Below are positions 38,299 through 47,258 of a DNA stretch of 64,000 nucleotides, one piece after another. How positions within the stretch are numbered: position 1 is the first letter of the stretch; every line of letters starts with the position of its first letter. Under the pieces are notes generated by a model that was not told the DNA's origin, did no database searches, and was given only the letters and a program-made list of their open reading frames with translations. A program made the translations under genes and the position numbers. Source of the DNA: Corallococcus coralloides DSM 2259 (lineage in GTDB: Bacteria; Myxococcota; Myxococcia; Myxococcales; Myxococcaceae); NCBI RefSeq assembly GCF_000255295.1, contig NC_017030.1:5974328-6038327 (forward strand), written 5' to 3'.

Positions 38299-40808
38299 GG
38301 CGTCTCCTCCGCGACCCCATTGGCCGGCGAGACGCCCTGCGCGTCACCCAGTCCATAGAGGCCCTGCAATCGGTCCTTCCATTCCCGCACCTGGGCGGCG
38401 CGGGGGGCCGCGCCAGAGGCCAGGTAGCGGCGCCAGGCGTCCACGGCCTCGGCGGGTTCATGCCGGCGCTCCTGAGCATCAATGCCCAGGTTGAGCGAGG
38501 CGAGGGGCACGGCGGTCTCCAGGCGCTTCCACGTCGCGAGCGCCGAGGCGCTCTCGCCCTGGCGCCAGTCCACGCACGCCAGGTTGTGCTGCACCAGCGC
38601 GTCATCCGGCGTCGCGGCGAGCGCGGCCTTCAGCGCCTTCTCCGACGCCTTCATGTTGCCGGAGGCGTACGCGAGCGCCGCCTCACGCCGCAGCAGCGCG
38701 CCGGTGAGGTTGCCCATCCACTTCGGCTGCCCGGGCATGGGCTTCTTCTGGGCGGTGGTGAGCAGCTTGCGCGAGGGCGCGACCTTGCCCTGGCGGTAGA
38801 GCACCCACGCGTCCGCGAGCGTGCGCGTGTTGGGCCACGCCCATTCCGGCGCGGGCGTGAGGGAGCGCTTGATGCCCGCGGTGGCCTCCGCGAACCGCCC
38901 TTCTTCCGCGCGCGTGAGCGCCCGGGCGAAGGTGGCCAGCTTCGCCAGGTCCGCGCGCTTGCCGGTGCCCAGGCGGTCCACCGCGTCCAGGTCCCGGTTC
39001 GCCGCGGCCGCGTCGCCCGTCTCCAGCTTCGCCAGGGCCCGGCGAACCAGCACGCGGGGCAGGTTCGCCTCCGCCACCTTCGCGGCCGTCTTGGAGGGCC
39101 CCGCGTCCGTCAGCCGCTGCACGGCGGCGTCCACCTGGCCCAGCTCCACCTCCGCGAGCGCGGCGCCCGCGGACGCTTCCGCGCGCTGATCCGGCTCCTG
39201 CGTGGCCTCACCGGACTGATTGAACGCGGCGAGCGCGGCCTGCGCGTCGCCACCACCCAGCCGGGCGTAGCCCAAGAGCAGGTGCTCGCGCCAGGTCACG
39301 CCCGGCAGCGTCACCGCGCCCTCCAGCACCTTGCGGGCCTCCGCGTACTGGCGGCTGTCCAGCAGCGCCGCGCCCAGCCGGCGGGCCATGGGCACGGAGC
39401 GGTCCAGGTCATACGCGCGGCGCAGGTCGCGCACGGCGTCTTCCAGGCGCTGGGTGCCGGCGCGGTCGCGCGCGCGGTGGGCCAGGGCGCGGGCCAGCCA
39501 CTGCTTCGCGCCGGGGTGGCCGGGTTCGACCTGGAGCGCGCTGCCGTAGTCCTCGATGGCCTGATCCCACTGGCCGGTGGCGAAGTGATCCGCGCCCAGC
39601 AGCATGTGGCCCAGCGCCTGACGCGGGGCCATCTCCACCACGCGCCGGTGCACCTCCACCGCGCGCTGGTAGCGGCCGGCGCGGCGGTTGACGGAGCCCA
39701 GCGTCGCCCACAGCTCCAGGCTGCCGCCGCCCGACTTCACGGCGGACTCCAGGAACTGGATGGCCTCTTCATGGCGCGCCTGCGCCTGGAGCGCCTTGCC
39801 CACGGCGATCTGCCCCATCAGCAGGCCCGGCTGCAGCTCCAGCACCTTGCGGAACTCCGCCTCCGCCTGCGCGGGCTGCTTCTGCGCGAGCCGCACGTCA
39901 CCCAGCAAGAGGTGCGCGGCGGGCGTGGAGCCCAGCTTCATCAGGGCGGTGGCCTGCAGGTCCGCGCGCGGCACGTCGCCCGCGGCGAGGTACAGGCGCG
40001 CGAGGCGCTCCTTCGGCTCCGCCACCTGCGGGAACTTCGTCACCAGCCGCTCCAGGAGCGCGCGGGACTCCGGCACGTGGCCTTCCATCTCCAGCACGGC
40101 CGCGAGGCCGATCTGCGCCGTCGCGGACTCGGCCCGGCCGGCCTGCGCCTTCTCGAACGAGGCGCGCGCGGCACCAGCGTCCCGGCGGATGAGGTGCGCC
40201 TTGCCCAGGAGCTCGTGGATCTGGAAGTCGTTGCCCGCGAGCTTCTCCGGACGCAGCACCAGGTAGCGCTGCAGCCGCGTCACGGCCCGGTTCCCGTCCT
40301 GGACGTACAGGTAGTAGCTGGCCAGGTAGTAGTGGACGATGAGGTGGTCCGGCTGATCCGCGGCGGCCACCTGCTCCAGCACCGGCACCGCCTCCTGGAA
40401 GCGGCGCAGCTTGAAGTACGCGGTGCCCAGCGGATACGCGAGCGACAGGTCCTGCGGGTTCTGCGCGAACACCGGCTGAAGGCGCGTCGCCGTGCGCTGG
40501 AAGTCCTGGAGCGCGTTGGCAGCGCTGCCCAGGCCCACGGCGGCGAACACGGACTGCGGCTCCTGCGCGAGCGCCTGCTCGAAGAGCTGGAGCGCCTTCT
40601 TGAACTTCTCCTCCGCCTCCTTCTTGTCGCCCTTGGCGAGGGCGGCGTTGGCGGACACCAGGACCTGCTCGCCCTGCTCCGTCATGCGCTGAGCTTCGGT
40701 GGCGGGCGGCGGGCGGAACTGGGCGAGCGCCGCCGGCGGGCCGGCCAGGGTGGCCAGCAGGGCGAGCGCGGTGCAGACGCGGCGCGGGGAACGGTTGAAT
40801 GGGCGCAT
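38295..40808 (-). CDS. Secreted tetratricopeptide-repeat protein (about 837 aa)
   Basis: It starts at the ATG at 40808 (MRPFNRSPRRVCTALALLATLAGPPAALA, a signal peptide). More than 15 TPR-like helical repeats follow. Confidence 0.8.
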   Translation of the reverse strand: MRPFNRSPRRVCTALALLATLAGPPAALAQFRPPPATEAQRMTEQGEQVLVSANAALAKGDKKEAEEKFKKALQLFEQALAQEPQSVFAAVGLGSAANALQDFQRTATRLQPVFAQNPQDLSLAYPLGTAYFKLRRFQEAVPVLEQVAAADQPDHLIVHYYLASYYLYVQDGNRAVTRLQRYLVLRPEKLAGNDFQIHELLGKAHLIRRDAGAARASFEKAQAGRAESATAQIGLAAVLEMEGHVPESRALLERLVTKFPQVAEPKERLARLYLAAGDVPRADLQATALMKLGSTPAAHLLLGDVRLAQKQPAQAEAEFRKVLELQPGLLMGQIAVGKALQAQARHEEAIQFLESAVKSGGGSLELWATLGSVNRRAGRYQRAVEVHRRVVEMAPRQALGHMLLGADHFATGQWDQAIEDYGSALQVEPGHPGAKQWLARALAHRARDRAGTQRLEDAVRDLRRAYDLDRSVPMARRLGAALLDSRQYAEARKVLEGAVTLPGVTWREHLLLGYARLGGGDAQAALAAFNQSGEATQEPDQRAEASAGAALAEVELGQVDAAVQRLTDAGPSKTAAKVAEANLPRVLVRRALAKLETGDAAAANRDLDAVDRLGTGKRADLAKLATFARALTRAEEGRFAEATAGIKRSLTPAPEWAWPNTRTLADAWVLYRQGKVAPSRKLLTTAQKKPMPGQPKWMGNLTGALLRREAALAYASGNMKASEKALKAALAATPDDALVQHNLACVDWRQGESASALATWKRLETAVPLASLNLGIDAQERRHEPAEAVDAWRRYLASGAAPRAAQVREWKDRLQGLYGLGDAQGVSPANGVAEETP

Positions 40809-40816
40809 GCGGTTCG

Positions 40817-42622
40817 TCACGGCGAGGGTGCGGGGCTGAATTCGGCGACGATGACGGTGATGTCATCGCGCTGGGGCTGGCCGGCGCTGTACGCGCGCAC
40901 GTCCGCGAGGAGCGCGTCGCGAAGAGCATCGGCGGGGAGGTGGGCGTGGGCCTGGAGCGCGGCGGCCAGTCGCTGCGTGCCGTAGAGCCGGTTGGCGCCG
41001 TCGCGCGCCTCGGTGAGGCCGTCCGTGTACCAGACGATGATGTCGCCGGGGCTCAGCTGCGCCTGGCGCGACGTGAACTGCGACGCGACGTTCGCGCCCA
41101 GCAGCGGACCGCGCGCCGGCAGCGACGCCATCTGCCGCGTGTTCCGGTTGTAGATGGCCGCCGCCGGGTGGGCGCCCGCCGCGTAGTCGATGCTGCCGCT
41201 GTACACGTCGATGACCGCGAGCGCGCTGGACATCTGGTGCTCGCCGCGGCCCACGTTGGCCAGCGTCACGTTGAGCGCGGTGATCAGCATCTGCGCGTGC
41301 ACCTGCGACGGCTCGCGCAGCGTCATGGCGGAGGCGAAGCCGCTGGTGGCGCTGGTGGCGACCAGCGACGTGGACAGACCGTGGCCCGTCACGTCTCCGA
41401 TGCCAATCACCACGCGCCGGTCATCCAGCGCGGCGCGGAACCACCAGTCGCCGCCGCATGCGTCCGCGGGCACCACCAGCCCGGCGAGCCGCAGCGGGCC
41501 CACCGTCACGGCCTCGCGGCCCGGCAGGAGCGTCTCCTGCACCGTGCGCGCGAGCGACACCTCGCGCTCCAGCTGCGCCTTGGCGCGCACGTCCTCCAGC
41601 AGGACCTTGATGCGCTCCGCCATGTGGTTGAACACCACGCCCAGCGTCGTCACCTCGCGGCCCGCGCCCGGCGCCGTGCCCGCGCGGGCGCCCAGGTCAC
41701 CGGCGGCCAACTGCATCACGCGGTGGGTGAGCACGCCCAGCGGCTTGGTGATGCGGCGGCTCTGGAACGCGGCCAGCACGCCGGCCAGCACCACGAAGCC
41801 CAGGCCCAGCCCCACGATGCGCAGCGTGTTGGCGCGCACGGAGGCGCGGTTGTTCTCCTCCAGTTCGTGCAGCTGCTTCTGCAGGTCCTCCAGCGAGTAG
41901 CTGATGACCACCACGCCCTTGCCGGACTGCGAGCCGTAGTCGAGCGGCTCCTGGAACTCGAAGACGGGCTGGCCCTGGAAGAAGGCGCTGGCCCAGCGGC
42001 GCTCCGCGGTGCGGCCTCCGGAGGATTCGCCCAGCTTGGCGGACGGGTCGCTGTCCGCGACGAGCTGCCCGTCCGCGTCGAACATCTGCACGCGCAGGAT
42101 GTTGTGGTTGTCCGCGATGATGGAGCGCGCCACTTCCGTGAGGAACGCGTAGTTGTTGTCACGCAGGCTGGTGGCGGAGGTGAGCGCCAGCGTGTGGCTC
42201 ACCGTCTGGCCCAGCTCTCGCGCCTGGGACTGGAGCCGCTGCGTGAAGCGGTCCGACGTCGCGGTGAGCTGCGCCTCCGTCGTCTTCGCGGACAGCGCGG
42301 CCAGCAGGCCGACAATCACGATGACCAGCGCGCCCGTGGTGAGCAGCAGCAGCTGATCCAACCGCAGCCCGCGGATGGCCGCCACGTTGGGCAGCTCTCC
42401 GGCCTCCATGGGCGCGATGACCGTGCTCGTGGGCTCCGCGGCCGGCAGCCCCAGCGCGCCGGTCAGCCGGGTGGCCGTGTTCTCCCCGCGCAGGGCGGTG
42501 AGCTCCCGGGAATGGGTTCCGGTGTACTCCGGAGGAGGAGGCGGGGTGCCGGGCGCCGCATCGGACGCATCGGGAGATTCAGGGGCGGGGTCGAGGCGCG
42601 TGTTCGTACGGGACAAAGGCAC
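40817..42622 (-). CDS. PP2C-type (SpoIIE/RsbU-family) serine phosphatase with a periplasmic sensor domain, a transmembrane segment and a HAMP domain
   Basis: There are two transmembrane segments, LLLTTGALVIVIVGLLAAL and LRIVGLGLGFVVLAGVLAAF. A HAMP-like linker follows. PP2C motifs are GGDWW, GDVTGHG and WYTDGLTEA. Confidence 0.85.
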   Translation of the reverse strand: MPLSRTNTRLDPAPESPDASDAAPGTPPPPPEYTGTHSRELTALRGENTATRLTGALGLPAAEPTSTVIAPMEAGELPNVAAIRGLRLDQLLLLTTGALVIVIVGLLAALSAKTTEAQLTATSDRFTQRLQSQARELGQTVSHTLALTSATSLRDNNYAFLTEVARSIIADNHNILRVQMFDADGQLVADSDPSAKLGESSGGRTAERRWASAFFQGQPVFEFQEPLDYGSQSGKGVVVISYSLEDLQKQLHELEENNRASVRANTLRIVGLGLGFVVLAGVLAAFQSRRITKPLGVLTHRVMQLAAGDLGARAGTAPGAGREVTTLGVVFNHMAERIKVLLEDVRAKAQLEREVSLARTVQETLLPGREAVTVGPLRLAGLVVPADACGGDWWFRAALDDRRVVIGIGDVTGHGLSTSLVATSATSGFASAMTLREPSQVHAQMLITALNVTLANVGRGEHQMSSALAVIDVYSGSIDYAAGAHPAAAIYNRNTRQMASLPARGPLLGANVASQFTSRQAQLSPGDIIVWYTDGLTEARDGANRLYGTQRLAAALQAHAHLPADALRDALLADVRAYSAGQPQRDDITVIVAEFSPAPSP

Positions 42623-42959
42623 ACCTGGGGGAGCCCGCGTCGGAGAAACGCGGTCGGAGCGGGGCGGACTCTATCTCACTTCCTGATTGACGCGAGGAGT
42701 CCACCTGTCGGGCGATTCCTCGCGGCCGCCCCCTCACCTGGCCCCCCAACGGCCGTGCGATCAGCCCGGACCGGGAGCGTCCGAACGCCCCGGGAAGCAG
42801 CACGTCACGGGGCATGGATGAGTTCCGCTCATTGCCGCGTCGCGCCACCCGGGGGCCGAAAGGTGATGGAGAACACCCGTGACATCAGGGTCCTTGAGTC
42901 GGGAGGCCGCGTTCGGAGTATAGGGGCGTCCCTTTCTTTCCCTTCGAGGTCCTCCGCCC

Positions 42960-43967
42960 GTGTCACGGCCCCGGTTGATCAAAGAAAACTCCGCGCCGCT
43001 CTCCCTGCCCCGAGAGCAGCTCATCCGCATCCATGACCTGATGGTGAAGGCGCGCGTCCTGGAGGAGCGCCTGATCCAGATGTACAAGCAGGGTCACGGC
43101 TACTTCTGGATCGGCGGTCCCGGTGAGGAGGCGTTCAACGTCCCCTTGGGCCTGCTGATGAAGGTCGGCGAGGGCCCGGCCTACGACTACCTGCACGCGC
43201 ACTACCGCCAGTCCGCGACGCTGCTCGCCATGGGCGAGGAGCCCATCGGGGCGCTGCGGCAGATGAAGAACACGGCCACGGACCCCTACTCCGGCGGCCG
43301 CAACTTCGCGGGCCACTTCAGCCGGCGCTCGAAGAACATCGCGCCCGTCACCTCCCCCATCGAGGTGCAGTACGCCATCGCGCCGGGCACGGCCATGGCC
43401 CAGAAGCGCCACGGCGGCGACGGCATCACCATCGTCACCGGCGGCGACGCGGGCACGGCCGAGGGCGATTTCGCCAGCTGCCTCATCTGGAGCAGCCGCC
43501 CGGCGAACCCCCTGCCCATCCTGATCATCGTCACCAACAACAAGTGGGGCATCAGCACCACTTCGGACGGCCAGCACGGCGAGACGAACATCAGCGACCG
43601 CGCGCGCGCCTTCAACATCCAGGCGAAGACCATCAACGGCAATGATCCGGTGGAGTCCTACCAGGAGCTCCAGGCCGCGATGGAGTACGTGCGCAAGGAG
43701 CGCAAGCCCTTCTTCATCGAGGCGCGCGTGTCGCGCCTGTACGGGCACTCGTCCGCGTCCGGCGCCAACTTCGTGAACGAGGAGCAGGACTGCCTGCGCC
43801 TGTTCGAGGCGCGGCTGGAGCAGGAAGGCGTCCTCAGCCGCGAGCAGATGGACGAGGCGCGCAACCGCTACTCCGAGGAGCTGGCCGCCGCGGCGCGCAC
43901 CGTGCGCGACGAGCCGCAGCCCTCTGGCGACTCCATCTGGGAACACATCTACGCGGAGAAGAAATAA
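42960..43967 (+). CDS. 2-oxoacid dehydrogenase E1 component alpha subunit (TPP-dependent)
   Basis: The TPP-binding region reads GGDGITIVTGGDAGTAEGDF...IVTNNKWGIST. Confidence 0.9.
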   Translation: MSRPRLIKENSAPLSLPREQLIRIHDLMVKARVLEERLIQMYKQGHGYFWIGGPGEEAFNVPLGLLMKVGEGPAYDYLHAHYRQSATLLAMGEEPIGALRQMKNTATDPYSGGRNFAGHFSRRSKNIAPVTSPIEVQYAIAPGTAMAQKRHGGDGITIVTGGDAGTAEGDFASCLIWSSRPANPLPILIIVTNNKWGISTTSDGQHGETNISDRARAFNIQAKTINGNDPVESYQELQAAMEYVRKERKPFFIEARVSRLYGHSSASGANFVNEEQDCLRLFEARLEQEGVLSREQMDEARNRYSEELAAAARTVRDEPQPSGDSIWEHIYAEKK

Positions 43968-43969
43968 CC

Positions 43970-45025
43970 ATGGCGAACATGGCACAGGCCATCCGCATGG
44001 CCCTGCACTACGCGGAAGAGAACCTGGGCGTCACCGACATCTTCGGCGAGGATGTGGGCGCCCCGCTGGGCGGCGTCTTCACCTGCACGCAGGGCCTGAA
44101 GACGGCGTGGAACAGCCCCCTGGACGAGCGCGGCATCATCGGCGCGGCCATGGGCCTGGCGATGGCGGGCCACCGCCCGGTCGCGGAGATCCAGTTCTGC
44201 GACTACATCTACAACACCATCGACCTGCTCAAGCTGGCGGGCAACACGCACTGGTCCACGAACGGTGACTGGGCGGTGCCCATGGTGGTGCGCACGCCCG
44301 TGGGCAGCGGCATCCGCGGGTCGCTGTACCACTCGCATTCCTTCGACGCGACGATGACGCACATCCCCGGCTGGAAGGTCGTCATGCCCTCCACGCCGCT
44401 GGACGCGTACGGCCTGCTCATCTCCGCGTGCCAGGACCCCAACCCGGTCATGTTCCTGGAGCCCAAGGCGCTCTTGCGCGTGAAGGGCGAGGAGCGCATC
44501 CCCGGCGAGCCCGAGGACGACCGCGCGCTGTCGAAGATGATCGACGCGCCCCTGGGTGACCGCTCGCAGTGGAAGCCCCAGTGGCCCCTGGTGGAGGCGT
44601 TCGCCGTCCCCATTGGCAAGGGCAAGCTCGTGCGCGAGGGCACCCAGGCCACGGTCATCAGCTACGGCCGCACCATGCCCCTGTGCATCAAGGCCGCCGC
44701 CCAGCTGGCGGAGGAAGGCCTGAGCGTGGAGGTCATCGACCTGCGCTCGCTCTGGCCGTACGACTGGGAGATGATCAAGGCCTCCGTCCAGAAGACGGGC
44801 CGCGTGCTCTTCGTCAACGAGGACACGGAGGTCACCAACTTCGGCGAGCACCTGGTCCGGCGCACCGTGGAGGAGCTGTTCTACTCGCTGCTCGCGCCGC
44901 CCCGGCTGGTCGCCGGCAAGTTCGTCCCGGGCATCGGCCTGGCGGACGCGCTGGAGATGGCGTCCGTGCCGCAGCAGAACGACATCACCACCGCCCTGCG
45001 CTCGCTCTGCCGCGAGCAGCCGTAG
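43970..45025 (+). CDS. 2-oxoacid dehydrogenase E1 component beta subunit
   Basis: It has a transketolase-like pyrimidine-binding fold (FGEDVG...GGVF, DTPISE-like region). The start lies 3 nt after the alpha subunit stop. Confidence 0.9.
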   Translation: MANMAQAIRMALHYAEENLGVTDIFGEDVGAPLGGVFTCTQGLKTAWNSPLDERGIIGAAMGLAMAGHRPVAEIQFCDYIYNTIDLLKLAGNTHWSTNGDWAVPMVVRTPVGSGIRGSLYHSHSFDATMTHIPGWKVVMPSTPLDAYGLLISACQDPNPVMFLEPKALLRVKGEERIPGEPEDDRALSKMIDAPLGDRSQWKPQWPLVEAFAVPIGKGKLVREGTQATVISYGRTMPLCIKAAAQLAEEGLSVEVIDLRSLWPYDWEMIKASVQKTGRVLFVNEDTEVTNFGEHLVRRTVEELFYSLLAPPRLVAGKFVPGIGLADALEMASVPQQNDITTALRSLCREQP

Positions 45026-45142
45026 GCCGGCTGAGGTTCCGCCCACACCGCAGAAAGACATCTGGGCCGCCGTTCCTCTTTGGAGGCCGGCGGCCCTGTC
45101 GTTAGAATCCAAACTTCCGTGTCCCAGCCCATCGTCCGCACC

Positions 45143-45610
45143 ATGACCCCCGCCCCAGACGCCAACGCCTTCAGGATCCGCCGCGCGCGCCGTGGCGACG
45201 CCGAGGTCATGGCCCAGCTGCTGCGCGAGCTGGGCTACCCCCAGGGCACCGATCAGCAGACGGTGCACTGGGTCATCAGCCATCCGGAGATTGAAATCTT
45301 CGTCGCGGGAGACCCCCAGGACCGCGCGGTGGGCATGGTGTCCTTCTCCCACCGGCCGCAGCTGCGGCTGCGCGGGCGCGTGGCCACCGTGGACGAGCTG
45401 GTGGTGTCCGAGGGCTGGCGCCGCCGGGGCGTGGGCCGCGCGCTGCTCGCGCAGGTGGCGCAGCGGGGCAAGGTGCTGAGCGTGAAGCAGCTGCAGCTCA
45501 TCGCCCCCATCAACGTCACCGAGGAGACGCGCGCCTTCTACCGGGCGTGCGGCTACGTGGAAGGTGACTCCGGGGTGTTCCGCCACTCGGAGTACGAGCC
45601 CCAGAAGTAG
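45143..45610 (+). CDS. GNAT-family N-acetyltransferase
   Basis: The acetyl-CoA binding motif is VSEGWRRRGVGRALL. The ATG at 45143 (MTPAPDANAF) is preferred over the ORF-track start at 45080. Confidence 0.8.
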   Translation: MTPAPDANAFRIRRARRGDAEVMAQLLRELGYPQGTDQQTVHWVISHPEIEIFVAGDPQDRAVGMVSFSHRPQLRLRGRVATVDELVVSEGWRRRGVGRALLAQVAQRGKVLSVKQLQLIAPINVTEETRAFYRACGYVEGDSGVFRHSEYEPQK

Positions 45611-45667
45611 CGGGGTGCCGCGAGGGCCCGGCATCACGGCCGGGCGCCTCCCGCGGCGAATGCAGCT

Positions 45668-46024
45668 TCAGCGCTTGAAGCTCGCGATGACGCGGCGCAG
45701 GCGCTCGTGGTCCTCTTCGCTCACGTCGATGAAGCGCACGCCGATGGCCTCCGCCTCGTCGCGCACCCAGGCGACGACGCCGGTGAGGTGGAACTCCTCC
45801 CCGTCGATGACCATGGCCAGCCGCACCTGAGCGCCCACGTCGTAGGACTTGCGCGTGCGCAGGCAAAGGCCACCCGCGGACACATTCAGGGAGTAGGCCC
45901 GCAGCGCACGCGCCGCGTCCTCCATCTGCTCGAAGCGCACTTCGAACCGCGCCGCCACGCGCTCCTCGGCGCGGCGGTTCATGTACGGGTCTGGCTCCAC
46001 CGGACCATCCAACTTCGTGTTCAT
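45668..46024 (-). CDS. PilZ-domain protein (c-di-GMP binding)
   Basis: It has RRAEERV (RxxxR) and a DVSAGG (DxSxGG) motif. The internal ATG at 46024 has a purine-rich RBS-like stretch upstream. The alternative start is 46087. Confidence 0.7.
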   Translation of the reverse strand: MNTKLDGPVEPDPYMNRRAEERVAARFEVRFEQMEDAARALRAYSLNVSAGGLCLRTRKSYDVGAQVRLAMVIDGEEFHLTGVVAWVRDEAEAIGVRFIDVSEEDHERLRRVIASFKR

Positions 46025-46151
46025 GCGCACCCTGACCCCCTCGGTTCTCGGACCGGAAGTGTCGGCTGGTTTCCAGGCCCGGTTCAAGGGCCCCCGGACA
46101 ACGGAATGGCTCGTGTAAGTCCCAGGCTACTTCGACGCCAGGAGTTTCCGG

Positions 46152-47042
46152 ATGAGTGCACGTCTCGTGTTGTTGGGTGGAGCCTTGATGCTGGGGCTGT
46201 GGGTGGCGGGCTGCGATGACGGCGAGACTGTCCGCCCGCCAACGGATGGGGGGACGACCCTGGATTCCGGGACCGACGCCGGAGATTCCGGGACTGTCAA
46301 TCCTGGTGATGGCGGCGGCGGGAGCTCCGACTTCGCGTGCAACGTGGCGAAGCAGGAGGGCTGCGCCGCGGGCCAGAGCTGTCTGTACACGGACCTGGCG
46401 GATGGCGGCACGGGCAGCCAGTGCTTCGAGGCCGCGTGCGACGTGGTCCGCCAGGACTGTCCGTCCGGACAGCGGTGCACCTACGTGGGAACCGACGGCG
46501 GCACCACCGCGCGCCAGTGCGTCGCCGCGGGCACCGCCACGGAAGGAGCGGCCTGCACGCTGGCCGAGTCGCCTCCGGGCCAGACGTATGACACGTGCGC
46601 TTCGGGCCTGTACTGCAAGGACGAGTCGCAGGACGACGGCGGCCTGGCCTTCTTCTGCCGCAAGCTGTGCCACGCGCCGTCCGACTGCGGCTCCGGCGAG
46701 TGCAACACCGTGCTGCGACTGTCCGGCACGCGCGAGCTGCCGCTGGTGTGCGGCCCCGCGTCCGCGCGGTGCGATCCATTCGCGCAGGACTGCGAGAGCC
46801 CGCTGGCCTGCTACCCCGCAGCCAACGGCGCGGTGTGCGCGGGTCAGGGGTCGCTGACGGAAGGCACCGCGTGCGAGTTCAGCAACCAGTGTTCACGGGG
46901 CAGCACCTGCGTGATGACCGGCGGCAGCGGCACGTGCCGGACGCTGTGCCGCCTGCCCGCGGGCTCACCGGGGTGCTCGAACGGGGCGACCTGCCGGGCC
47001 ATCAACAACAACAACAGCGACGTGGGAGCCTGCGTCCCGTAG
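46152..47042 (+). CDS. Cys-rich secreted lipoprotein with internal repeats (296 aa, about 38 Cys)
   Basis: The lipobox is LGLWVAGC. Repeated modules of C-x(n)-GQ-x-C-x-Y...G-x-C recur about 5 times. Confidence 0.7.
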   Translation: MSARLVLLGGALMLGLWVAGCDDGETVRPPTDGGTTLDSGTDAGDSGTVNPGDGGGGSSDFACNVAKQEGCAAGQSCLYTDLADGGTGSQCFEAACDVVRQDCPSGQRCTYVGTDGGTTARQCVAAGTATEGAACTLAESPPGQTYDTCASGLYCKDESQDDGGLAFFCRKLCHAPSDCGSGECNTVLRLSGTRELPLVCGPASARCDPFAQDCESPLACYPAANGAVCAGQGSLTEGTACEFSNQCSRGSTCVMTGGSGTCRTLCRLPAGSPGCSNGATCRAINNNNSDVGACVP

Positions 47043-47258
47043 GCAACGGATTGCCCACGGAAGGAAGCGCCCCTTCCCGGGGTGGCGAGCGCGCGGGTCC
47101 TTCAAGGGCCCGGCCCGCCACCTCGAGGGGGAAGTCCTGCGCCGTCCGTGCCCGGCCTGGGGATGTTCACGGCCTGCCGCGATTGGCGCGCGGCATGAAT
47201 CCCCGGGTCGCCACGCGGGAGCATCGTGCACATTGTCTTGCGCCGGGAGGTCGTGGGC

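Noticed and set aside
42691-42724. An inverted repeat cgcgagga-N18-tcctcgcg in the divergent promoter region between the phosphatase locus and the E1 genes
   Set aside because: An 8-bp GC-rich arm in a 70% GC genome is expected by chance at this length. Without conservation data it is not convincing as an operator.
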